A DNA stretch of 64,000 nucleotides from an uncultured virus (IMG/VR IMGVR_UViG_3300009684_000026) (IMGVR_UViG_3300009684_000026), one strand, 5' to 3'; shown: positions 16,793 to 25,663, counted from the first letter of the stretch. Numbers and translations: made by a program. Notes: generated by a model from the letters alone, not told the origin.

Positions 16793-18727
16793 CTATGCGT
16801 TGGTTAGGTTTCGTGCTATGGCAACTCGGACAAGTTCTTTTCCAAGAACGAGAATGTCTTTTGCAGACTTCATGGAAGTCATAAGTTCAAAATTATGTCT
16901 AAATCCGTTCAAGTATTCGGCATCAACTTCATAGCCTGAGATAAAGGCTTGGCAAGTGAGAACGCCAGCATCTCGCATTTGAGCTACTGCTTTCTCCCCT
17001 TCCTCTGTGTTCCAACTTCCGTCAGTAATCATAAATAGAATCTTGATTGGCTTCTGACTTTCGGCAAGTATTCTCTTGGATACTAAGATCGCGTGTTCGG
17101 GATTGGTTCCCCCATTTGCGCCAGCATCTCTAATCGTTGTACCTGCCTTTTCATCAGCATCATAGAGAAGATCAGTTGAAGAATCAAAAGTCATAACTGT
17201 TGTGCGTGCTTCCACGCGCTCTAGTGCCTTCTTGATTGCCCACATTGACTTATAGGCGTTGTCTGCATTAGTGCCAGCCATGCTTCCTGATCGGTCAAGC
17301 AAAATTACTGCTTCAATTTCAGTTACATCTTCCCTACCTTCTTCCCACGAATCAAAAACTGTATCTAAATCTTCTCCCATGAGATAACGCTGAGAGTTGA
17401 GCTTTCCGCTTCGTTCGCCATTTATCCATGACGGGTCAAAGTCTGCTTTTAAGCGTTCCAGTTCAATTCCGAATCCACGCGCTAAATTAAAGAGTTCATC
17501 AGGAACGCGAATCTCGTTGAAGCTGGCACGATCGGGAAGTTTTGCGTTTCCACCATGCAACTCAGTTGTTACTCCTAACTGATTGGCTATGGAGTTGATC
17601 TCTTTGGAAAGTGACTCAACGGCATCAGAAAAAATGTCATTGAGCGTATCGGTCACTTGGGTATTCGTACCTGTTTGCCCTGCTTCTTGTCCAGCAACTT
17701 TGCTTTCAGAATTATTTTGTGGCTGAAAGTCGTAGTGATCTTCCGAGAATATATCTCCGAATGAGTGATCTGCTGGAGCTGGTGGCGGTGCATCTTCTTT
17801 TGGTGCAACTTCTTTTGGTGCATTTGCTTTTGGTGCATCCGCATTTCCTGATGACTTTGGAGCTATAACAACTTCAATGACATTCCGAGTTGCGTTCTTT
17901 TGATTTGCCGATTGCTCATTCTTGCTTGCTGGTCTATGAGTTGAGCTTTCGTATCCGTCAGTTGGGCGATTGTCGTGCCCATGCGGATTGACTACCCGAA
18001 TCGTTACAGAAGTTTCCTCTCCATTACCCAACTGTGGCATAGGTGGCAACTCTTTCAACAACTCATTGAAGCGTTGAATGAGCGCGAACGCTTGATCTGT
18101 AACTTCATCATTACCTGTAAGAATCAAAGAGGTATAAACATCTAAAATATCTGCGAGTTCTTGTTGAATCTCAGGCTTGATGAAATTATCGCTGGCGAGT
18201 TGTCGCAATTCAACTGGAAGATATTTGCGACCATACACTAACGGAAAGGCACGACCGATTGCTTCCTGATCGGCTAAAAGATAATCGCACATTGTGGCGG
18301 TAAGCCATGACTTGATACTTGGCAACCAGCCTGTAAGCAAAAGTTCAATCCGAGAATCTTCCAACATATTGAATGACTGCCACAACTCACTCTTCGCTTC
18401 ATCCGCGTTGATGAGTTGCACCAAGCGTGAGCCGTTTCGGGGAGTATAACGAAGGTGTCCTAATTCATGGAAGGCTATGCCATTGTGTGAGGCGATTGAG
18501 CGTGCCGTAAAGTCATCCTTGATCTCAGCAAGGTTGAGCCACACTTCTTTTGTGCTTGACCATGCTGGAGAAGCCATATCTGCACGATCAACCACATTCA
18601 CGCTAATTTTGTGGCTAGTCAAAACGGAGAGAGTTTTTGCGAATACACCAGCTAGTGCCGTAACTCGCGTGCGCTTCAACGACTCGCGCTTCAACGCTTC
18701 GTTGACTTCTTCATCCCTGATGAACAT
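16793..18727 (-). CDS. VWA-domain protein with an N-terminal HExxH metallopeptidase-like domain (CobT/NorD-type MoxR partner)
   Basis: AFHELGH, LEDSRIE, MIDAS motif LLDRSGSM...ITDG. Confidence 0.85.
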   Translation of the reverse strand: MFIRDEEVNEALKRESLKRTRVTALAGVFAKTLSVLTSHKISVNVVDRADMASPAWSSTKEVWLNLAEIKDDFTARSIASHNGIAFHELGHLRYTPRNGSRLVQLINADEAKSELWQSFNMLEDSRIELLLTGWLPSIKSWLTATMCDYLLADQEAIGRAFPLVYGRKYLPVELRQLASDNFIKPEIQQELADILDVYTSLILTGNDEVTDQAFALIQRFNELLKELPPMPQLGNGEETSVTIRVVNPHGHDNRPTDGYESSTHRPASKNEQSANQKNATRNVIEVVIAPKSSGNADAPKANAPKEVAPKEDAPPPAPADHSFGDIFSEDHYDFQPQNNSESKVAGQEAGQTGTNTQVTDTLNDIFSDAVESLSKEINSIANQLGVTTELHGGNAKLPDRASFNEIRVPDELFNLARGFGIELERLKADFDPSWINGERSGKLNSQRYLMGEDLDTVFDSWEEGREDVTEIEAVILLDRSGSMAGTNADNAYKSMWAIKKALERVEARTTVMTFDSSTDLLYDADEKAGTTIRDAGANGGTNPEHAILVSKRILAESQKPIKILFMITDGSWNTEEGEKAVAQMRDAGVLTCQAFISGYEVDAEYLNGFRHNFELMTSMKSAKDILVLGKELVRVAIARNLTNA

Positions 18728-20073
18728 TACTGGTCACTTACCTTTCCTGTGAGTTCTAGCTCTAAATTGTGGCGTTTTGAATCCAAGAGCAATTTCACGC
18801 TGGCGCGTTCATCATCTCGGAATGAGTTAACGAAATTATCAACGGCAAAGTCGTATGAAAGATTTTGCGCGAGATCAACGAATTGTTTTAAGAGTCGTGT
18901 GGATACAGGAGTTTCGTACACACCAGCGATTGCATCATCACGCATGGATTTAGCGAGATCAAGCAAAGTTTCGCTTGGGATAAACTTCTTCTCTATATTG
19001 GTGTCATACTCAAAATTGAGTTTTATCCAAAAACGATCTGCAAAGGCTTCGTTAAACTTTGAAGTTCCTTTATATTTATCGTTGTAGCACATGGCTATAA
19101 GTAAGTTCGGATGTGCCTTGATAACCTCTCCTTCGTGATCTTGAAGTGTCAGCACGCGCCGATCATCTAGCGCACCATGCAAAACTGATGCAATTTTCTG
19201 TGGCAAGAAGTTGGCTTCGTCAATTACCAGCACGCCACCATGTCGGAAAAAGTGTGTGACCAGTCCGTCACGCCACTCCAACTTTCCGTCAACTGTAGGT
19301 GTGAAACGACCAAAGAATTGAGAAGGTTCAACTCCTGCGTTGCACGACATGGAGCCAAACTCCAAGCCATTCTTGCTCGCAAAAGTCATAAACGAAGTTG
19401 TCTTACCAGTTCCAGCATGACCTTCAACTGCTACATTCTTTTTTGTTTTCATGGCATAGGTGTATATCTGATCTTCGGTTAATCCGTCAGCAAACTTGCG
19501 CGGAATATAAGTGCGTACTGCTTCCGAAGTAAGAGAAGGGATATAGGCAAGTGTATTTTCTTCTGTATCAGCTCGCACGATCTGATTAAGTGAGATAGAA
19601 GAAGGTAGTTGTGTTATTTCCATTTGTTGCTCCTTTTGTTTTGTTGTTGTGGCAGATTTGTCGGAACGCCCGTCACTCCGATACTTGCTCAGGAGATTTG
19701 CATCTTGCGAGATCAAAGTATCAACTTCAATGAGAAGATCGTTCATGGATTTTGTTGGGTCAATTTTGGTATGGCGTAAGCGGTATTGTTTCGTCAACTT
19801 TTGGATGAGAACAGTTGGCATGACATTATTAGCTATTGCCTCAATGTCAACGCTGGTCAAAGGTGTTGAAAGAATCTCACCAATAATCTCATAGTTGAAT
19901 GGGAGAGCTTGAATCAGATATTCGTAGCTAATTCCCGACCAAGAGTTTTTTTCTCCGCGACCGCCGTCTGTGGCGCGTTGATAAGCAGAATTGCGACCAT
20001 TGTGGCTGGCGAGAATAACTTGTTTTGTGATCTCGTCATTTACCTGACCTGAAATTAAAATTGCGTATGACAT
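18727..20073 (-). CDS. MoxR/CbbQ/NorQ-type AAA+ ATPase
   Basis: Walker A GHAGTGKT, Walker B VIDEAN, AFADRF, STR sensor. Confidence 0.9.
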   Translation of the reverse strand: MSYAILISGQVNDEITKQVILASHNGRNSAYQRATDGGRGEKNSWSGISYEYLIQALPFNYEIIGEILSTPLTSVDIEAIANNVMPTVLIQKLTKQYRLRHTKIDPTKSMNDLLIEVDTLISQDANLLSKYRSDGRSDKSATTTKQKEQQMEITQLPSSISLNQIVRADTEENTLAYIPSLTSEAVRTYIPRKFADGLTEDQIYTYAMKTKKNVAVEGHAGTGKTTSFMTFASKNGLEFGSMSCNAGVEPSQFFGRFTPTVDGKLEWRDGLVTHFFRHGGVLVIDEANFLPQKIASVLHGALDDRRVLTLQDHEGEVIKAHPNLLIAMCYNDKYKGTSKFNEAFADRFWIKLNFEYDTNIEKKFIPSETLLDLAKSMRDDAIAGVYETPVSTRLLKQFVDLAQNLSYDFAVDNFVNSFRDDERASVKLLLDSKRHNLELELTGKVSDQ

Positions 20074-20090
20074 TTTATGAGTCCGTTTCC

Positions 20091-20351
20091 CTAGTTGTTG
20101 ATTTCGGTTGATAGTTGAAATTGCTCGCTAATCATAGCGACTTCCTGCATTTTGTCCAAAGCAGATTTGCACACGCCATTTACGGCTAACGCAAACTGCT
20201 TGTGATTTTTGCATCCACGCGCAATTTGCGCGGAATTAAAAATTGTTTCATCATCATCCCACTCAGGATGAAGGTACTTATTAGCGTTGAGTAGCGCGTT
20301 GAAAAGATCGGTAACTGCTGGAAGCTCAGTTTTTTTGAATGGATTTTGCAC
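20091..20351 (-). CDS. Hypothetical protein
   Basis: 86-aa ORF, GAAAGGA SD. Confidence 0.7.
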   Translation of the reverse strand: MQNPFKKTELPAVTDLFNALLNANKYLHPEWDDDETIFNSAQIARGCKNHKQFALAVNGVCKSALDKMQEVAMISEQFQLSTEINN

Positions 20352-20353
20352 GA

Positions 20354-20518
20354 TCAGTTCCTTTCATAATGGTAGGAGCAAGCCACACCCATATCGGAGT
20401 TGTGGCAAGTTTTTGAGTCAATGACAACATGATGAGTTGAGAAGAAAAGAATCGTCAAAGATACGATTGAGCCAACGATAACGCCAGCTACGAAGTATCC
20501 GCGTGGTGTGAGTTTCAT
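20354..20518 (-). CDS. Small membrane protein (54 aa)
   Basis: MKLTPRG plus hydrophobic helix YFVAGVIVGSIVSLTILFF; GGAG SD. Confidence 0.6.
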   Translation of the reverse strand: MKLTPRGYFVAGVIVGSIVSLTILFFSTHHVVIDSKTCHNSDMGVACSYHYERN

Positions 20519-20522
20519 GGGA

Positions 20523-20822
20523 TTAGTTCTCCCAACGATCGTTGCACCAAGACTCTAGGTGCAATTTGTTCACAAGTTGCGAAGCCGTTGCCCAATTTGT
20601 AAGTTGATTATTCTCATGTGGATTGCGGAATTGCACGCCAGCAGGTAGAGAGATGATCGCGTTGCCGTTCTCATCATTGTAATTATTTATTGCCTCAACT
20701 GCGACCGATACCATGAATTGTGGAATGGGTGGATAGCAGTTGGATGAAAGATGAATCCCAATTTGAGTTTCAAGTGAGAGTGAATCCATGATTGCAAGAT
20801 CGTCTGAAAAATTGCGACCCAT
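20523..20822 (-). CDS. Hypothetical protein, first gene of the leftward operon
   Basis: 99-aa ORF, GGAG SD, HLSSNCYPP motif. Confidence 0.75.
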   Translation of the reverse strand: MGRNFSDDLAIMDSLSLETQIGIHLSSNCYPPIPQFMVSVAVEAINNYNDENGNAIISLPAGVQFRNPHENNQLTNWATASQLVNKLHLESWCNDRWEN

Positions 20823-20874
20823 AATAAGTTCTCCGTTTCTTAGTGCAAAACGATTGTGTTTTGCAAGTGAGATC

Positions 20875-20903
20875 AGTTTAATGGCAAAAGACGATTAGTG
20901 CAA
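20875..20903 (-). promoter_or_regulatory. Near-consensus housekeeping-sigma promoter for the leftward operon
   Basis: Minus strand TTGCAC-N17-TAAACT; 8-bp hairpin TGCAAAAC/GTTTTGCA (20844-20865) at the predicted 5' end. Confidence 0.65.
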
Positions 20904-20960
20904 GTAGGCAAAAGAATCAAAGGTTTGCGAGTCGTGGGGAGTTGTCGGTGGTGTGTGGTA

Positions 20961-21044
20961 GGGGAGCCAGAGATCGGGGAGCCAGAGATCGGGGAGCCAG
21001 AGATCGGGGAGCCAGAGATCAGGGAGCCAGAGATCAGGGAGCCA
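20961..21044. repeat. 15-bp tandem repeat, about 5.6 copies (RGGGAGCCAGAGATC)
   Basis: Direct inspection. Confidence 0.95.
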
Positions 21045-21116
21045 AAAGAAGATTGCCCAAAGTTCTTTTGCTCTAACCTGCTTCCGCCACAACTGTGAAC
21101 CGCGTTGTTAAAAATG

Positions 21117-21146
21117 AAGATACCAATTTTAATTCCAAGATTGCAA
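21117..21146 (-). promoter_or_regulatory. Possible second leftward promoter
   Basis: Minus strand TTGCAA-N18-TATCTT. Confidence 0.4.
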
Positions 21147-21310
21147 GTGTGAAATAGGGAGTCGGAATGGGTGGGGTTTTAGGGGCGAAGCCCCTAAGAG
21201 AGAAAAGAAGAAATGATTGGTAAAGAGAGAGAGAGAAGAGATATAGAGAGAGATACATTCCTATGGCGTGGCAAGTGAATCTTGAATAGATCGTTGTGGC
21301 ACATAAAAGT

Positions 21311-21390
21311 TAGCTGGTGGCAACTCGGTAGGAATAGCTGGTGGCAACTCGGTGGGAATAGCTGATAACAACTCAAAGAGTTGGCTGGTG
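21311..21390. repeat. 24-bp tandem repeat: 2 near-perfect and 1-2 decayed copies (TAGCTGGTGGCAACTCGGTRGGAA)
   Basis: Direct inspection. Confidence 0.9.
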
Positions 21391-21665
21391 ACTTGGGGGT
21401 ACTCGCAGACGATCACCAGCCATTCGGCACAGTAGCCAAAAGTTCTGCTATCAAAGTTGCTATCACAACCAGCGAGATCGCGTGGAACACGCGGAGATAG
21501 AACAACCACAACTTCTTTTAGAAACAAGTTGTCAAAAAGACAAGTCTTTTGAGCGTGGCAGACCCCCCACAGTTAGGCAAACGCGCGCGCGACAACACCC
21601 AGGTGACAGACATGGTTGAGGGGTTTTAGGCCTAGGCAGTAGCCAAAATACGCCATAATTGCCAT

Positions 21666-22097
21666 ATGGCAGCCTCAGACAATCTATCCCCTAGGCAGTT
21701 CAACAGGCCTTTAGTGCGCCCTGCCGAAATGACAGAGGAAGATATGCGTCCAAAGGCTAAGAACTACCCTCGCAAAAAATTTAACGTCCATGCAGAGATG
21801 GGTAAGTCATGGAAAGCCGTGACACCACCTAATGCTTTTGACATGAAGACAGGTGCTCCGCTTCCTGTACCGCCAGGGGCCATCTCTATCGTCACACCTG
21901 AAAACGGAGATGCGTGGACTAATTGGCCTGAACACACTGCCCCAGATAAAATTCGCATGGCTAAGAAGTTAGTTAAGAACAACTTGACTCGTGAAGCCCA
22001 AAAGAGCAAGAACCCAAGGGTTCGTATGCAGGCCCGTCAAGCCTCTTACAAGGCTAACCAGATTCAATCTGCTATTCAGAAACGAACAAATAAATAA
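21666..22097 (+). CDS. Basic hypothetical protein with N-terminal DNLSPRQF tag
   Basis: 143-aa ORF; CATAAT 6 nt before ATG (leaderless). Confidence 0.75.
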   Translation: MAASDNLSPRQFNRPLVRPAEMTEEDMRPKAKNYPRKKFNVHAEMGKSWKAVTPPNAFDMKTGAPLPVPPGAISIVTPENGDAWTNWPEHTAPDKIRMAKKLVKNNLTREAQKSKNPRVRMQARQASYKANQIQSAIQKRTNK

Positions 22098-22109
22098 TGG
22101 CAGCCTCAG

Positions 22110-22445
22110 ATGAGTAACCGTAACCTATCTGCCGGTCAGTTTCGGACCTACTACCACGGAACATCGGCAGAGAACGCTGCAGCCATTCAAAAAGGCGGGT
22201 TACATGAGGGCTCTTATCTTGCTGACCACCCAGGAACTTCAGGTACCTATGGAGATAACGTCTTTAAGGTGACCATTCCTGCCCATCACGAGTTTGCCGC
22301 TAATGAGGATGAGTATTGGGAGCATTACGGTCAACACGATGGTTATAAGCCTTCAGAGGTTCCTGACTCAAATGACCTAGTCACAATGCGCCCTGAAGAG
22401 CTAAAGGTAGAAGGCCCTAAGCATTGGAAAGAGTGGCTAAAGTGA
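22110..22445 (+). CDS. ADP-ribosyltransferase-fold-like protein with N-terminal NLSAGQF tag
   Basis: YYHGTS...IQKGGL...SYLA...YG..VFKV pattern typical of ART-like domains. Confidence 0.55.
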   Translation: MSNRNLSAGQFRTYYHGTSAENAAAIQKGGLHEGSYLADHPGTSGTYGDNVFKVTIPAHHEFAANEDEYWEHYGQHDGYKPSEVPDSNDLVTMRPEELKVEGPKHWKEWLK

Positions 22446-22663
22446 GCGCTGAAGACAATTTGGGCATTCAATGGCAAGGAACCAGAAGTACCATTGGAAC
22501 TATACACAACATGTCTGTAACTCCGTGGAATCACATTGCTCCAACATGGCATCAGGGTAAGAAAAAGTGGATAGTCATGGGCGGCTTAGGAGATGGCACT
22601 ATCCACAAAACATTGCGTGATGCTAAGCAACATGTAGAGAGCCTTTATAGGAGAAGCCAATAA
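22442..22663 (+). CDS. Hypothetical protein with N-terminal SAEDNLGIQW tag
   Basis: GTGA overlap at 22442; HKTLRDAK motif. Confidence 0.65.
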   Translation: MSAEDNLGIQWQGTRSTIGTIHNMSVTPWNHIAPTWHQGKKKWIVMGGLGDGTIHKTLRDAKQHVESLYRRSQ

Positions 22664-22726
22664 ACGTATCAGATATTTAACGTTTTTTATCTTGTAACAA
22701 TCGGACCGTAGCCTTAAACTATCCAT

Positions 22727-23290
22727 ATGACAGTACCAAATGACAATCAATATCCACTAATAAATCCAAGACAATTTTCATCAGTAAATCCAAAACAATT
22801 TCCATTGGAGCGGTTTCGTACTACGCATCCTCAAGGTAAAAATTCCGTGTACGAACGCTTACCCGATGGTCGTTGGTTAAGAGAGAAGACTGCAACTGGA
22901 GAAACCCACGTTCAAGACCACACCATGTTTGTACACCCAGATTATGCAAATGGTGTGCACTGGGCCCACATGAACGGTCCAGAAGACTTGTTTAAAGGCG
23001 GAACGATAAATCACATTACAATCAATAACGAGGTGCCTAAAGGCCATCCTGACCGTCAACGAGTAAACCCAGTACCAAGTACACACTTGTCTGGCGAACC
23101 TATAGAGGGCTGGACACCAGTTGAGTGGAGCACTAAAGAGGATAGCCAAGGTAATCGTAAACTTGCCTCTAGACATCTTGGTCATCCGGTAGCGCCTGTT
23201 CAACATGGCGATTGGGGAGCGCATGACGCTGGCAGAGGACGAAGAGTTGCAGAGATGATTAAAAATGGGGAGCAGATAAGACCAGCATAG
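22727..23290 (+). CDS. His-rich hypothetical protein with a doubled NPxQF tag
   Basis: 187-aa ORF; TAAACT 6 nt before ATG. Confidence 0.75.
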   Translation: MTVPNDNQYPLINPRQFSSVNPKQFPLERFRTTHPQGKNSVYERLPDGRWLREKTATGETHVQDHTMFVHPDYANGVHWAHMNGPEDLFKGGTINHITINNEVPKGHPDRQRVNPVPSTHLSGEPIEGWTPVEWSTKEDSQGNRKLASRHLGHPVAPVQHGDWGAHDAGRGRRVAEMIKNGEQIRPA

Positions 23291-23356
23291 GATGACTCAT
23301 TACTTGATATTTTTTTATCCTGCAACAGTTAGGCAGTAGCTTTACACTTAACCTGT

Positions 23357-23461
23357 ATGCGTAATGACTTGTGGATGTGCAAGGGCTGTGGGAAGATGTA
23401 CGTCGTTACAAGCTTGGCTAGGTTATGTGAGGAGAAGCATGAAGAGGATAACGCTCTGTGA
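23357..23461 (+). CDS. 34-aa Zn-finger-like peptide
   Basis: WMCKGCGKMYVVTSLARLCEEKH; TACACT 8 nt before ATG; GTGA overlap with the next gene. Confidence 0.55.
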   Translation: MRNDLWMCKGCGKMYVVTSLARLCEEKHEEDNAL

Positions 23462-23706
23462 GTGCTGAAGATAACCTGGGAAAGCAGTTTGATGGAGCTA
23501 AAAAGCTCTTTAAATGGACTCCGCATAAATTTGGTAGGGATGTGGCCTACCACATGCGTAGAGAACATGAAGATATGACACCAAAAGGTGGATGGTCAGC
23601 CACGTTAGCAGATGAACGGGCCCACGCAGCGGCGCATGAAGCTGAAGAGAATGGTGTAACCGGTACGGTTCCGCATAAACACTTCACTCCTAAAGGGTTT
23701 AGATGA
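23458..23706 (+). CDS. His-rich hypothetical protein with N-terminal SAEDNLGKQF tag
   Basis: 82-aa ORF, GAGGA SD. Confidence 0.7.
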   Translation: MSAEDNLGKQFDGAKKLFKWTPHKFGRDVAYHMRREHEDMTPKGGWSATLADERAHAAAHEAEENGVTGTVPHKHFTPKGFR

Positions 23707-24107
23707 GCGCTCCAGTATCCTACCAACAATTAGCTATGTTTATGACTCCGAGAGAGTTACATGCTAAGGCTAAGTTCTCTGACGCAGATTTTTTTGGCGG
23801 AATGCGACAAATGACCGATGTTAAAAACTACGAGAACAAAGCATCCGGCCTAGATGAGGCCATTAAGCGTGAGGGCGTACAAAAGCCGCTACATATCCAT
23901 CTACAGGATCAATCTGAAGGTGGTCATATGGAGGTAGTAGATGGACATCATCGCTTTGTTGCCGCGTTACAGCACCATCCTGACCGTCTTCTACCCGTTG
24001 TATACAGCACCGATGAGTCGTTGCAAAAAGGTATTTTCAATAAAGCTGCTACAGATAATGACTGGGCAGATAAAAAAGGCGTTGGCCTAGTTAATTGGGA
24101 TGAGTAA
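23703..24107 (+). CDS. ParB/Sulfiredoxin-like domain protein
   Basis: IKREGVQKPL...VVDGHHRFVAA...LPV. Confidence 0.8.
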   Translation: MSAPVSYQQLAMFMTPRELHAKAKFSDADFFGGMRQMTDVKNYENKASGLDEAIKREGVQKPLHIHLQDQSEGGHMEVVDGHHRFVAALQHHPDRLLPVVYSTDESLQKGIFNKAATDNDWADKKGVGLVNWDE

Positions 24108-24545
24108 ATGAGCGCAAGAGAACATCTATCTAAAAAACAGTTTCCGTTTACGACCATAGATTATCCTTTAACTGAAGACAGTCATCCATACAATGAAAAT
24201 TACCACGCTGTACAGGCGGTTGACCCAAAAACAGGGCAACAAGTTGGTGATATGACTTGGGATAAACGCAATGGTCGTATTGCAATGGTTAAGGTGGAGG
24301 AAGGGTTACGACGCCAAGGTATAGCGACCGCTATGTGGGATCACGCCAATTCCGTCTCTCCGGTAACGCATAGTGAGTTACGCACGGCAGAAGGTGATGC
24401 TTGGGCACAGAAAATTGGCGGAGATTTGCCAAAAAATAAAGCCTGTGAAACATGCAATAGCATTGACCACTCTACCAAACGACACGACGCAGCGTGTACG
24501 GTATGCGGTAGTCTTAAACACAAAACCAAAAAGCATCCAAGCTAA
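24108..24545 (+). CDS. GNAT acetyltransferase with N-terminal EHLSKKQF tag and two C-terminal CxxC-x4-H knuckles
   Basis: VKVEEGLRRQGIATAM acetyl-CoA motif A; CETCNSIDH, CTVCGSLKH. Confidence 0.75.
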   Translation: MSAREHLSKKQFPFTTIDYPLTEDSHPYNENYHAVQAVDPKTGQQVGDMTWDKRNGRIAMVKVEEGLRRQGIATAMWDHANSVSPVTHSELRTAEGDAWAQKIGGDLPKNKACETCNSIDHSTKRHDAACTVCGSLKHKTKKHPS

Positions 24546-24664
24546 GTACAGGCTTTAAAGATTTTCTTTTTCTTTGTAACTGTACTAATATATTCATATG
24601 AGCAATAAATTGGAATAACAAATGATGGGTAGTAAAGTATCCAAGCTATAAAAAAGGAGCATAA

Positions 24665-24811
24665 ATGAAATCGTATACAAAACGTTTAGTTAAAAACGAA
24701 AAGATATGGGTTCACGTCGGGTGGAGTAAACAACTTGCGCTTGGTATCAAGATTACGCCTTGGAGTTTTGATCTTGATATTCTTTGCTTTTATATTGCAA
24801 TGGAGTACTAA
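24665..24811 (+). CDS. Hypothetical protein (48 aa)
   Basis: AAGGAG SD; TAATG coupling to the next gene. Confidence 0.55.
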   Translation: MKSYTKRLVKNEKIWVHVGWSKQLALGIKITPWSFDLDILCFYIAMEY

Positions 24812-25026
24812 TGACACACGATGAATTGCTGGCTTCAATAGAGCAAATGATGAATCACGACGCAATCTTTATGAAAGATGCACTTCGTGCAGTCGTGGAG
24901 TTGCATAAACCTGAACTTATACCTGATTGGGTTCCACTTGAATATAAAGATAAATATGTTTGTTCAATATGCCCAGGTTTTTATCCTTGCAAAACTATCC
25001 AAGCCATAGAGAAGGAGTTGGAATGA
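24811..25026 (+). CDS. Hypothetical protein
   Basis: MTHDELL...ALRAVVELH...CSIC..YPCKTIQAIEKEL. Confidence 0.7.
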   Translation: MTHDELLASIEQMMNHDAIFMKDALRAVVELHKPELIPDWVPLEYKDKYVCSICPGFYPCKTIQAIEKELE

Positions 25027-25409
25027 AAAGATTTCGTCATTTATTTTGCCGAACATATCTATGGCATGTTATTGACCCGTCAGAATATGTATGGATAATA
25101 GAATGTACTAAATGCGGGTACATCAAAAATCTAATAGAGGAAGATAAAATGGTAAAAAAAACTATAGAAACTAAAGAAGAGCAAGAAAAGCATCTACGTA
25201 ACGCTGGTTGGTTGACAACCGACGAATTTATGGAGAAGTTTATCGTTAGTTTTAAAAGGTATTTACAAAACGACTCATACTTGACTAACGACAAAGACGC
25301 ACTGCACCACCCAGAAGACTTCTTTAACTGCGTGTCAACTTACTCAGAAGTTGCACTTCATATCTTTGGATCATTTACTAACCCAGCACCGTCAGATGAG
25401 TACCTATGA
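25023..25409 (+). CDS. Hypothetical protein
   Basis: AAGGAG SD, ATGA overlap; alternative internal start at MVKK. Confidence 0.6.
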   Translation: MKRFRHLFCRTYLWHVIDPSEYVWIIECTKCGYIKNLIEEDKMVKKTIETKEEQEKHLRNAGWLTTDEFMEKFIVSFKRYLQNDSYLTNDKDALHHPEDFFNCVSTYSEVALHIFGSFTNPAPSDEYL

Positions 25410-25663
25410 ATCACTTTCACGAAGAATGTTCTGACTACAACAGGGTTTATCCACACAACCCCAGCATGAGGGGTAAATGGATTCAACCAGAGTTGCCCTT
25501 TAAGGATTACCCGGAAAAAGGATACAAAGAAAAACCAAAACACAATCATCAGCTCTCTCCAGAGGAAGATATAAAGTTGTATAAACCTAAAAAACGCGAA
25601 AAACCAGATGAATCTACAGTTGAAGCAATTTTGCAAGAAGAAGAAGAGCTATGGAATCAATAG
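25406..25663 (+). CDS. Hypothetical protein
   Basis: 85-aa ORF, coupled. Confidence 0.6.
   Translation: MNHFHEECSDYNRVYPHNPSMRGKWIQPELPFKDYPEKGYKEKPKHNHQLSPEEDIKLYKPKKREKPDESTVEAILQEEEELWNQ

Noticed and set aside
20895..21527. ORFs with WLPDL, EPEIG or ELPPA repeats, or a mini-CRISPR
   Set aside because: These are translations of perfect tandem DNA repeats without SDs. The repeats are contiguous with no spacers, so this is not a CRISPR array.
9929..21600. Minus-strand block as a separately integrated element or prophage
   Set aside because: No flanking att-like direct repeats were seen, the recombinase is not at the boundary, and the content fits a phage early region. Not fully excluded given the GATC contrast.
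24598..24618. Leaderless mini-ORF MSNKLE*
   Set aside because: Six codons only; it may be a deletion remnant and cannot be supported as a gene.
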